Made by a program: the position numbers and the translations under genes. The notes under the pieces were generated by a model. It ran no database searches, was not told where the DNA came from, and saw only the letters and a list, made by a program, of their open reading frames with translations. This document shows, piece by piece, positions 40,513 to 49,562 of a DNA stretch of 64,000 nucleotides (position 1 is its first letter; each line of letters starts with the position of its first letter). Origin of the DNA: a bacterium (GTDB taxonomy: Bacteria > Patescibacteriota > Minisyncoccia > Phycocordibacterales > UBA9973); assembly GCA_037130655.1 (NCBI GenBank), contig JBAXSP010000001.1, forward strand, positions 101,830 through 165,829, given 5' to 3'.

Positions 40513-40707
40513 ATGGAAAACAACAATTTGTACAACATGATGCACCAATTGACTCAAGAACAAAAGTCACTATGGCGTCTCTCAAATCAATATCAAACTG
40601 ATGCTTCAGGAAATCCAGAACTAGTAACATTCTGGGCGAACCTCGCAAAAGAAAAAGAGCGTCATATTGCAGATCTAAAAGAAATGATTAAAGCTGAACT
40701 AAAATAA
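40513..40707 (+). CDS. small hypothetical protein (64 aa, helical)
   Basis: ORF immediately after thrS; stop codon lies in the left arm of repeat copy 3. Confidence 0.35.
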   Translation: MENNNLYNMMHQLTQEQKSLWRLSNQYQTDASGNPELVTFWANLAKEKERHIADLKEMIKAELK

Positions 40708-40820
40708 TGACCAGTTACTAATGACCAATGGCTAATATTCAAAAAGAGCGAAACCCTTCGGGTTCCGCTCTTTTTATTCTGTATTTTTACTAGTCATTAG
40801 TCATTGGTAATTAGTCATTG
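40705..40820. repeat. palindromic intergenic element copy 3
   Basis: TAATGACCAGTTACTAATGACCAATGGCTAAT ... AGAGCGAAACCCTTCGGGTTCCGCTCT ... CTAGTCATTAGTCATTGGTAATTAGTCATTGC. Confidence 0.75.
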
Positions 40821-41020
40821 CATTGTTGCATTTATTTGGCAAAGTGCTATATTCCTATAGTACTTTTACAGAGTCGTACGTAAGACTTTAGAAAAGCTAT
40901 GTTCTTTGACTTGATGCTCTGCCTCTTTTTTATTAACCATAACGGGATAATTGAGGGAGAAATCAAAACAAGAGGTATTGTGAACGGAGCACTGCTTATC
41001 GTAAAAACCATTCGTGATGA

Positions 41021-41041
41021 GAACTGAAACATCTAAGTACC
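41021..41041 (+). other. 23S rRNA-derived fragment (GAACTGAAACATCTAAGTACC) inside a ~500-bp non-coding region
   Basis: 21-nt identity to the universally conserved 23S domain I segment GGAACUGAAACAUCUAAGUACC; flanking ~40 nt show weaker 23S-like similarity; no rRNA gene continues. Confidence 0.5.
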
Positions 41042-41169
41042 ATCCAAAAGGCGTATGGGTCACAAAAAAAACTTCTTACAATGATTGAAAAAAGTAAGGA
41101 TTAAAATCCCTCTCCATATAAAATACACGGAGACAATGATTTTTCCTTCTAACCAAAAACTCAATCAAA

Positions 41170-41197
41170 AAACCACGGTTCACAACCGTGGTTTTTA
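41170..41197. terminator. bidirectional terminator (AACCACGGTT-CACA-AACCGTGGTT)
   Basis: 10-bp perfect stem flanked by A6 and T5 runs. Confidence 0.65.
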
Positions 41198-41337
41198 AAT
41201 TTCTACAACCTAAGATTTCAGTAAAATGTTTCAGATGCGAGGCGTCGAGGAAGAAAAATACGAGATGTACTGATGGTACATTGAGTGTTTTTGTGACGAT
41301 GACAACGAAGCAGATGAGGTATTTTAGTGGAATCTTT

Positions 41338-43401
41338 TTATACGTCGATATTTGCCATCTTAGCATGCGACTGAATAAAATTCTTGCGTGGTGGCACCTC
41401 CCCTCCCATCAACATATCGAAGACTTTGTTTGCTTCTTCAGCATCATCAACTTTGACTTGTTTCAAAATACGACGAGCAGGATCCATGGTAGTTTCCCAA
41501 AGTTCTTCAGCGTTCATTTCTCCGAGACCTTTATACCGTTGAATAGTCCACTTACCTGTTTTCTTTTTGTTTTCTGCTTCTTCTACTGCTTCATCGGTTT
41601 CCATTGTATCTCCATCTTCTAGTTCTACAATTTCATCTGGAGCAACATCACCGACGATAGCGAATTTTTCTTCGTCAGTATATGCATAGTGCAATTCTTT
41701 ACCGCGTTTGATTTTGTACAATGGCGGTTGTGCAATATAAATATATCCTGCATCAATGATCGGACGAAAATGTCTGAACAGTAATGTCAAAATAAGTGTA
41801 CGAATGTGTGCCCCATCGACGTCCGCATCAGTTGCAAGAATAATCTTGTGATAACGAATCTTTTCCAAATCAAATGTATCACCGATAGATGTACCCATGG
41901 CAACAACCAAATTTTTAATTTGTTCTGATTTGATCATTTGATCAAGACGAGCACGTTCAACATTCAAGATCTTTCCACGAAGTGGCAAGATCGCTTGTGT
42001 CTTTCGGTCGCGTCCCATTTTTGCAGTACCACCCGCAGAGTCTCCCTCCACAATGAATAGTTCAGAATCGAGTGCAGATTTCGTCTGACAGTCTGCCAAT
42101 TTTCCAGGCAAGGTCATTCCTTCGAGTGCACCTTTACGCAAAATAGAGTCTTTTGCAGCTTTTGCAGCTTTGCGAGCACGGAGTGCCAAAATAGATTTAT
42201 TGATGATTGCTTTGGCTTGATCTGGATTCTCTTCGAAAAATGCTTCGAGCCCTTGTCCGAACACTGATGCAGTTGCACCTTGCGCTTCAACAGAACCAAG
42301 CTTCACCTTGGTCTGACCTTCGAATTGAATTTCTCGGAGCTTCACCGAAACAACTGCAACCAATCCTTCGAGCACATCATCTCCAGTAAGTGCACCGTCA
42401 GCTTCTTTGATGAGGTTATTTTTCTTACCGTAACTATTAATCACGCGAGTGAGTGCGGTCTTGAAACCAATGATATGTGTACCACCTTCCATGGTATAAA
42501 TGTTGTTTGCAAATGGAACAATCTTTGTTGAAATATCATCAACATATTGCAATGCAACTTCAACACCAACATCGTTCAATTCTTTTTCTACATAAAAAAT
42601 AGTGTCATGAATCGTCTTTTCACTTTTGGTATATTTACGAATCAGAGAAACAAGTCCTCCTTCGAAATAGTATGTGATTGATGGAAATTCAAAACCAAGT
42701 GACTTGATCCAGAATGTATCTTCGATATCACCTTTGCCGTGTGTCAGTGGAGAATATTCACGCGCATCAATGATGTCTACACGAAGCCCTTTGACCAAGT
42801 AGGCTTGTTGTTCGAGACGATGAATCACCGTGTTCCAGTCAAAATTGATTTCTTTAAAAATTTCAATATCTGGTTCAAATGTAATAATTGTTCCGTTTTC
42901 TTTTGATGCACCAATTTTTTTGACATTCGCTTTTTTCTTTCCTTGAGAATATTCTTGTACATGACGCCCACCTTCACGGTGTACTTCAGCACGAGTATAA
43001 ATAGAGAGCGCGTTTACTACAGACGCACCAACACCGTGAAGACCTCCTGAAACTTTATATCCTTCACCGCCAAATTTTCCTCCGGCGTGAAGTGTTGTCA
43101 TAACAGTTTCGAGTGCAGAAACTTTTGTCTTTGAGTGAATATCAACTGGAATACCGCGACCGTTGTCGGCTACACGAATACGATTGCCTGGCAAAAAAGT
43201 TACTTCAATATGATCACAATATCCTCCCATCGCCTCGTCGCGAGAGTTATCAAAAATTTCCCAGATCAAGTGATGGAGACCTTCAGTACCAGTACCTCCG
43301 ATGTACATTCCGGGACGACGACGTACTGGTTCAAGACCCTCAAGAACCGAGATTTCATCTGCGCCGTACGAACCTTTTTTTGTTTCTTTTTCTTTTGCCA
43401 T
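41338..43401 (-). CDS. gyrB: DNA gyrase subunit B (type IIA topoisomerase ATPase subunit)
   Basis: 687 aa; GHKL ATPase (LHHLIWEIFDNSRDEA), Toprim (EGDSAGG), C-terminal tail. Confidence 0.9.
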   Translation of the reverse strand: MAKEKETKKGSYGADEISVLEGLEPVRRRPGMYIGGTGTEGLHHLIWEIFDNSRDEAMGGYCDHIEVTFLPGNRIRVADNGRGIPVDIHSKTKVSALETVMTTLHAGGKFGGEGYKVSGGLHGVGASVVNALSIYTRAEVHREGGRHVQEYSQGKKKANVKKIGASKENGTIITFEPDIEIFKEINFDWNTVIHRLEQQAYLVKGLRVDIIDAREYSPLTHGKGDIEDTFWIKSLGFEFPSITYYFEGGLVSLIRKYTKSEKTIHDTIFYVEKELNDVGVEVALQYVDDISTKIVPFANNIYTMEGGTHIIGFKTALTRVINSYGKKNNLIKEADGALTGDDVLEGLVAVVSVKLREIQFEGQTKVKLGSVEAQGATASVFGQGLEAFFEENPDQAKAIINKSILALRARKAAKAAKDSILRKGALEGMTLPGKLADCQTKSALDSELFIVEGDSAGGTAKMGRDRKTQAILPLRGKILNVERARLDQMIKSEQIKNLVVAMGTSIGDTFDLEKIRYHKIILATDADVDGAHIRTLILTLLFRHFRPIIDAGYIYIAQPPLYKIKRGKELHYAYTDEEKFAIVGDVAPDEIVELEDGDTMETDEAVEEAENKKKTGKWTIQRYKGLGEMNAEELWETTMDPARRILKQVKVDDAEEANKVFDMLMGGEVPPRKNFIQSHAKMANIDV

Positions 43402-43597
43402 CCCAAATGAAATTTAAATAATAATGTTTATTTTAAAGCAATATTTCTTTGATTTATATCTTCTATTTTACCACTAAATCCACATAATCAAAAATTTCAT
43501 ACGGGACAAGTAATATTTGAAAAAACCTTGAAAAATAAAGCTAATTTACCCTTTTAGTATACCAAAAAACCGGCAATGAAGCCAGCTTTTTTTGTTC

Positions 43598-46396
43598 CTA
43601 TTCTGCAGGTACAGGTGTATCATTTTGAGGTGCGTTTTCTGTCTGAGGCACAGCTTCAGGAGTCGGAGGTGTTACGAGAGGAGCACTTTCTTCGCCTGTC
43701 TGAACAGTTTCATCTACAGGAGAATTTCCTCCATTGGTAACCGGGGCATTTCCACCACCTTGCTGTTGCAAGAGTTGCTTCAATTGATTTTCATCGACAC
43801 AAGTTTGACCAATACATAATTGTTTTGTTTCAACACGATCTGCGTGAATAATTTGCGCATACAAATCTAAAATAGTATTTTGTGTATTTGCCAAAAATTG
43901 TTTGACCAGACTTCCAAGTGAATTTGGATTCGCCACATCAAGTGATGTAATTGGTGTGATTTTCAAATCAAGTTCTTGAATTGATTTCGCAAGCAATGGG
44001 ATCATATCGATATAGTACACACCGTGTGGAGTGACTCCATCTGCTTCATACACCACATAATCTTTGTTAACTTTTTCAACTTCTTCTGCAATGAAACCAG
44101 TTCGAAGTTTATCAGTACCGTTGTATTTGAAATTGACCGGACGAAGTGCATTGACTGTATCAAGCGCATTGAGTGGTAATGATACGATATCGTGTTTGAA
44201 TCGCTGTGACGACACCGCACAAGAACCAGAATTATCACGAGAAAGCGTGTTACTACCATTAATACAAACAACATCCCCTGCACCGGAAGAAATATTAAGA
44301 CCTGAAAAAGTAATAGCACCTGATGAAGTAAGACCTGTTGCTGAGGTAATTGTCCCGTTTACATCTACAGCAAAAGCTGTACCTCCAACAGAAAGTGTCC
44401 CATCAGTAGAAATATTACCACTTGCATCAACCTCAAAAGCATCATTAGTTCCGACGGTAAGTAAACTATTTGGAGTAGCATCCCCAATTCCAAAGTAACC
44501 ATTTTCATTCATTACAACCTTTGCGCCTGTATCAAAATTACGAAGTACTATATCTGAAGTACCAAGTCCTACTGTTTGCAAATAAAAAGCATCGTCGTTT
44601 GCATTATAATAACTTGAAGCATAAGACCCGGTATTACTTATGTTCGGATATAAATTAATAGTTGGACTATTACCACCATTACCACCAAGTACAATATTTC
44701 CCCCACCGGTAACCAAAACAGCAGCAAACAAAGGATTGCTTCCAGGACTATTTACCGTAAGTGCAGCATCTGGTGTAGTTGTACCAATTCCAACTTTCCC
44801 TGAACCGGTAGCGACGAGTGTTGCTCCTGTATAATTACCATTAGTTACACTCATACCAGTACCTCCGAGGGCTACCGTACCGTCAGCATTTACTTTAAAA
44901 TTTGCGAAGCCTGAACCCCAACTATCACCCGCATTAAGAGCGGTTTTAAAACGAAACTGTCCTTCGTCTCCAGCAAAATAGAATAATCCTCCAGTACCAG
45001 TCTCCCGTGCAACAAAATTCGTGCCATTAAAATATACGTTCTCACCCAACCATGCATTGTTTACCGCATATGTTTGTAATTCAATCGAACCAATGCGTGC
45101 TTGCGAATTTGTTTGATTGATTCCAGCAATATGCAAATTTGAAGTCGGAGTATTTGTACCAATACCCAAAAAATTATTACTATCATCCCAAAAGAAATTA
45201 TTACTATCCTCTGCAATTGATGTACCATCAAAAAACAATACGGAACCAGCTTGTAAAGAAGGGAGTGCGTCTTGCTTGGCATTGAGTGCATTTTGCAAAT
45301 CTGTTTGAGAAGATATCGTCCCTGTAATACCACCCCAGCTTCCGCCACCAATGTTACCACCATTAATAGTTACCGGTCCTTTGAAATCAATATTTCCATT
45401 TCCGTCTACCTGCATTCTTATGTTTCCATATCCATCAGCAAGAATAATATTATTGTTTGATGTCGCAATACCTGAGCCATCATATCCTCCGATGATCACA
45501 TTGTATTGCCCAGTAGTGATCAACTTTCCAGCCTCCCATCCAAGTGCGACATTTTGAATACCTGTAGCATTTTTAAGGGCACGATACCCAACACCAATAG
45601 AATCACTATTTGTTGTATTGCTATACAAAGCTTCAACACCAACAGCAACATTATAATAACCAGATGTATTAGAACGTAATGCACTTGCACCAATAGCAAT
45701 ATTACTGTTACCAGTTGTTGAATATAGAGCATCAGAACCAATTCCAATATTAGCCTGACTACTACTAGCGTTGCGAAGGGCATTATTTCCAATTGCTATA
45801 TTGTTTACAAAATGATCTGCACCAGAAAGTGCATTAGCTCCTATCGCAATACTTTGTTGCCCATCAGTAGAACTCGCCATTGTGTTTTTACCTAATACTG
45901 TATTCAAAAATCCACTTGTTGCACCAACATTGATACCGTTCACACTTAAATCAGAAGAAAATGTTTTTGCTCCAGCAAATGTTTGTGTTCCTGTGGTCAC
46001 CAAACCACGAGCAGTTGCACTAGCACTTGGAAGGTTAAAGGTATGAACACTACCCGATGAAGTAATCGAAAAATCAGTACCTGTTGTTGAACTTGCAAAT
46101 GTTTGCGTTGAACCGGTCAAACCATTGAGCGATGAAATGCCTGAACCCGAAAGTGTAGCCCAACTAGCGGTCGTACCATCAGTAGTTAAATACTTTCCAC
46201 TATTACCAGTTTGATCTGGAATAATGGAAACGATACAGTTCGTACTTCCTGGTGTACAAGTCGGGTCTAGTGTCTCGCCTTGAGAGTAAGGATTGGTCGG
46301 AGGTGCTGCGAAAATGTGTAGCGAAAGACTGAACACCGCAAAAAATGCGAGTGAAAAAAGAAGTTTTTTGTGCTGTTTAAATACACTTAGTCCCAT
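43598..46396 (-). CDS. large secreted Gly/Ser/Thr/Asn-rich beta-helical surface protein with C-terminal tail-fibre intramolecular chaperone (peptidase S74) domain
   Basis: 932 aa; signal peptide; repetitive G/N/T/S beta-strand repeats; C-terminal SSQRFKHDI...GFIAEEVEKV...YIDMIPLLAKSIQEL resembles the autoproteolytic chaperone domain of phage tail fibres/endosialidases. Confidence 0.75.
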   Translation of the reverse strand: MGLSVFKQHKKLLFSLAFFAVFSLSLHIFAAPPTNPYSQGETLDPTCTPGSTNCIVSIIPDQTGNSGKYLTTDGTTASWATLSGSGISSLNGLTGSTQTFASSTTGTDFSITSSGSVHTFNLPSASATARGLVTTGTQTFAGAKTFSSDLSVNGINVGATSGFLNTVLGKNTMASSTDGQQSIAIGANALSGADHFVNNIAIGNNALRNASSSQANIGIGSDALYSTTGNSNIAIGASALRSNTSGYYNVAVGVEALYSNTTNSDSIGVGYRALKNATGIQNVALGWEAGKLITTGQYNVIIGGYDGSGIATSNNNIILADGYGNIRMQVDGNGNIDFKGPVTINGGNIGGGSWGGITGTISSQTDLQNALNAKQDALPSLQAGSVLFFDGTSIAEDSNNFFWDDSNNFLGIGTNTPTSNLHIAGINQTNSQARIGSIELQTYAVNNAWLGENVYFNGTNFVARETGTGGLFYFAGDEGQFRFKTALNAGDSWGSGFANFKVNADGTVALGGTGMSVTNGNYTGATLVATGSGKVGIGTTTPDAALTVNSPGSNPLFAAVLVTGGGNIVLGGNGGNSPTINLYPNISNTGSYASSYYNANDDAFYLQTVGLGTSDIVLRNFDTGAKVVMNENGYFGIGDATPNSLLTVGTNDAFEVDASGNISTDGTLSVGGTAFAVDVNGTITSATGLTSSGAITFSGLNISSGAGDVVCINGSNTLSRDNSGSCAVSSQRFKHDIVSLPLNALDTVNALRPVNFKYNGTDKLRTGFIAEEVEKVNKDYVVYEADGVTPHGVYYIDMIPLLAKSIQELDLKITPITSLDVANPNSLGSLVKQFLANTQNTILDLYAQIIHADRVETKQLCIGQTCVDENQLKQLLQQQGGGNAPVTNGGNSPVDETVQTGEESAPLVTPPTPEAVPQTENAPQNDTPVPAE

Positions 46397-46483
46397 TATT
46401 TTAATTGTAACAAAAATAACGCATTTTCAAGTGCATTATTTTGTGAATTAATCCTTATCTTTTCAGTGTATTTTCCGTATTAC

Positions 46484-47614
46484 TTATCGAATAATTGACC
46501 CGAATTCTTTGACTGTTTCTATTTCAAGTTTTTTGTGCAAAGTGTTCACTTCTTCGTCGGTCATAGTGTGGTCGAGAGAGCGATAGGTGATGCGATATGC
46601 ATAACTTTTCTTCCCTTCGCCAAACTTGGCAGCGTTTTCATATTCATCAATCAATGCCATTTCTTCAGCCATATCACCGATCACATCACGAACCAAATCA
46701 AAATAATTGTTTGGTTGGAAAGTGTTTTCTACGATGAATGAGATATCACGTACAATCGGCGGATACTTACTTACTTCTTTGAAGGTTTGACCGAGTACCA
46801 ATTGTTTTTTGACACGTTCATCGTCTGACCAAAGGAGACGAATATCTGGAAGTTCCATTGATAAAATTGCGAGACGCTCAAGACCGAAACCGAATGCCCA
46901 ACCGTTGTAACCTTCGATACCCATTTTTGCAAGGACAGATGATTTGATCATTCCTGCACCAAGAATTTCTACCCACTCACCTTTCACCTTCACTTCAATT
47001 TGTGTTGATGGATCAGTGTATGGAAATGTATCGTCGAGGAATTGGTATTCAGTTTCCGGACCAAAGACTGTTTCAACAATTTCAGACAACACACGCTTCA
47101 ACTCATCGAGCGATAACATGCCTTCAGTATTTGGAATCAATTTCCATCCATCGATTTGATGAAAGACATTCATGTGACGACGATCAATTTCATCTTTGCG
47201 ATATACTTTACCGAAACAAAGCGCACCAAGATGTTCACCGCGAGCAGCTCGCTCTTTTATTTCAGGATGATTGAAATAGTAATACCAAGAAACGGTATTG
47301 TGTGTGCGAAGAATATTTTGCGCGTCAGCGTAGTAGGTATCAGATGTTGAACGAGCGACGTGATTTGCTGGGAAATCGAACAGGTCAAACGTAATCGCTG
47401 ATGGAACAATTTCTGGAATTTCAATCACATCAAGTCCTGCAAGTGATGACACTCCTTGCACACGCTCAACGATTTCATGAAGTGGACTACCTGGTGTACG
47501 AGCAAGATCTGGCATCGCCAAATAACGCTTCATACGCAAAGCTTCTGCGTCGGTACGACTTTCGAGTTGTTTTAATAATTCATCTTGTTCGGTTGTGTCT
47601 ATAGATATGTTCAT
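46484..47614 (-). CDS. pheS: phenylalanyl-tRNA synthetase alpha-type catalytic chain with C-terminal FDX-ACB anticodon-binding domain
   Basis: 376 aa; class II core ending GFGLERLAILSM...; extra ~95 aa YPPIVRDISFIV...YRITYRS resembles the FDX-ACB domain normally at the C-terminus of PheT or mitochondrial PheRS. Confidence 0.85.
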   Translation of the reverse strand: MNISIDTTEQDELLKQLESRTDAEALRMKRYLAMPDLARTPGSPLHEIVERVQGVSSLAGLDVIEIPEIVPSAITFDLFDFPANHVARSTSDTYYADAQNILRTHNTVSWYYYFNHPEIKERAARGEHLGALCFGKVYRKDEIDRRHMNVFHQIDGWKLIPNTEGMLSLDELKRVLSEIVETVFGPETEYQFLDDTFPYTDPSTQIEVKVKGEWVEILGAGMIKSSVLAKMGIEGYNGWAFGFGLERLAILSMELPDIRLLWSDDERVKKQLVLGQTFKEVSKYPPIVRDISFIVENTFQPNNYFDLVRDVIGDMAEEMALIDEYENAAKFGEGKKSYAYRITYRSLDHTMTDEEVNTLHKKLEIETVKEFGSIIR

Positions 47615-47667
47615 AAAGTTTTTAAAGTTATAAAGTTTATAAAGTATTTTTTAAAAGTTATTAGAGA

Positions 47668-48015
47668 CTAAGTGAGTGTTTTAATAAAACCGGATAACAA
47701 TTTAGATATTTCTAATGTTAAATTATATGTTTTCTCAAAATCTTTCTGGTTAATATATTTTAACTCAAGAGCCATATCTAACATTGACCTAACTTCTCCA
47801 GCAGAACCTTTAGCAATGAAGAGAAAATTTTTTAACTCTTTATTTGTTCTTCGTTCGAATCCTTCGGCAATATTGTTCATAATCGAAATCGAGGCTCTTT
47901 CAATTTGATTTTTAAAACTAAAGTCTTTAGATGTTTTAAATATAGAATAGATAGCCAAAGTCAATTCTTTTCCTTTCTGCCAAGCTATTATATCTTCAAA
48001 CTTCTCTATTTTCAT
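47668..48015 (-). CDS. four-helix-bundle protein (23S rRNA intervening-sequence protein family)
   Basis: 115 aa; AWQKGKEL...IMNNIAEGFERRTNKE...AKGSAGEVRSMLDMA typical of TIGR02436. Confidence 0.7.
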   Translation of the reverse strand: MKIEKFEDIIAWQKGKELTLAIYSIFKTSKDFSFKNQIERASISIMNNIAEGFERRTNKELKNFLFIAKGSAGEVRSMLDMALELKYINQKDFEKTYNLTLEISKLLSGFIKTLT

Positions 48016-48016
48016 A

Positions 48017-48997
48017 TTACTTTAAGAACTTTAAAAACTTTATTAACTTTCTACTCCACGGTGATGGGACTTTTTTGCCACTTCGAGAAATCGTACATTT
48101 GACCGGGCATTTCATAATGCCTTTTTCTTTTCGCATTTCTTGTTCACAATTTTCGCACAGCAAAAAGTGACGATGACAGCCCATGACTTCACAGTTCACA
48201 AATCGTTCGTTCAATCCGTCGCATTTTTCACAATGAGCAACGACTTTGTGTTTTGGGTCATCAGTATAAAATCCCATCATCACACGTTTATCAAACACAT
48301 ACAATTTGCCGACGAAGTCTTCGTTCGGATATTTTTCCATATATGACACGATACCGTTGTCGAGTTGATACACATCAGTAAATCCTTGCGTAATCAAATA
48401 ACCTGATGCTTTTTCACAACGCACTCCGCCAGTACAAACTGTCAGCACTGTTTTGTCTTTCAAGTGTTTGATACTTTCGATAAATTTCGGCAAGTCACGG
48501 AAGTTGTCGAGTGGTGGACATACTGAACCTTCAAAATGTCCGACGCGGTGTTCGTATGCATTGCGCATATCAACAATATAAAATTCTTTGCCATCCTTAA
48601 TCCATTGATGTAGTTCTTCTGGTTTCAAATGAATACCAGTTGTCACATTCGGATCGACATCACACACACCGAGACCAAGGGTCACGATTTCTGGACGAAC
48701 TTTGACTGATAATTTTGGAAATGAATTTCCATCACCAACACTACGTTTGATGTTGGTATTTGCAAATCGTGGATCTGCGAGATAATTGTTCAAATATTCG
48801 GCGATGGCTTCTTTGGTGCCTTCGAGTGTGGCATTGATACCTTCAGAGGCGATGATTGTGCGCCCTTTGAGCCCCAATTTCTGACACAAAGCAAATTGCT
48901 CATCACGCAAAGCTTGCGGGTCTTTTATGTGGACGTATTTATAAAATAGGATTACTTCGTATTCTTGTTGCATAATATTATAAGAACATATTACCAC
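48017..48997 (-). CDS. trhO: rhodanese-domain tRNA U34 hydroxylase-like protein (YceA/TrhO, UPF0176)
   Basis: 326 aa; N-terminal alpha/beta domain, rhodanese CTGGVRCEKASG, C-terminal Cys-rich tail. Confidence 0.8.
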   Translation of the reverse strand: MVICSYNIMQQEYEVILFYKYVHIKDPQALRDEQFALCQKLGLKGRTIIASEGINATLEGTKEAIAEYLNNYLADPRFANTNIKRSVGDGNSFPKLSVKVRPEIVTLGLGVCDVDPNVTTGIHLKPEELHQWIKDGKEFYIVDMRNAYEHRVGHFEGSVCPPLDNFRDLPKFIESIKHLKDKTVLTVCTGGVRCEKASGYLITQGFTDVYQLDNGIVSYMEKYPNEDFVGKLYVFDKRVMMGFYTDDPKHKVVAHCEKCDGLNERFVNCEVMGCHRHFLLCENCEQEMRKEKGIMKCPVKCTISRSGKKVPSPWSRKLIKFLKFLK

Positions 48998-49008
48998 AAA
49001 TTTGCGTT

Positions 49009-49042
49009 TTTAGAAGCGGCGACAAGCTCCGCTTGTCGCCGC
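49009..49042. terminator. very stable hairpin (GAAGCGGCGACAAGC-TCCG-CTTGTCGCCGCTTC)
   Basis: 15-bp perfect stem followed by TTTTG; a second terminator AAACCGAAACAACA-CTG-TTGTTTCGGTTT at 49213-49241. Confidence 0.6.
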
Positions 49043-49246
49043 TTCTTTTGTCTATATTCTGATTATCTGTTTACTGATATACTTGTTTTAATGCATTCAA
49101 AAACACTCAGAAAATTACTCGTATGGCTCGTCGTATTACTCGCGATTGGATTTTATTTGGGGTGGTTGGATAACGGCCCTCGACCATTGTTTTAAATTTA
49201 GAAAAACAAAAAAACCGAAACAACACTGTTGTTTCGGTTTACTGTT

Positions 49247-49540
49247 TTACCCGTGAAGCATGTGATAAATATCTTCGTGCTTTGTACCCTTAGGAAAAAA
49301 CTCTCTTACAATAAGTGATAAGTCATCACCTTGAGGTGTTGAGCTAACAACACTTCCGACATCACGCCATGACTGTTTCTTTAAAATTTGACCTCTATTG
49401 TTCACATGAACAATAGGAGAATCTTTTCCTTCAATTGTTACGGCGTACGGAGTATTCTCACCAGTAAACGTGTTCTGTGGTAGCGGTAAAACGTGTACGA
49501 TATATTTTGTTGTATTTTCCATTTCGAATATACTATACAC
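49247..49540 (-). CDS. hypothetical protein
   Basis: 97-aa ORF with downstream terminator. Confidence 0.45.
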   Translation of the reverse strand: MYSIFEMENTTKYIVHVLPLPQNTFTGENTPYAVTIEGKDSPIVHVNNRGQILKKQSWRDVGSVVSSTPQGDDLSLIVREFFPKGTKHEDIYHMLHG

Positions 49541-49562
49541 TATTTATACATAAAAGTCAATA

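Noticed and set aside
40847-41366. Three minus-strand ORFs (61, 65, 96 aa) in the gyrB-downstream gap
   Set aside because: No start context, overlap gyrB 3' end or the terminator, and the region contains the 23S-like fragment. Treated as non-coding.
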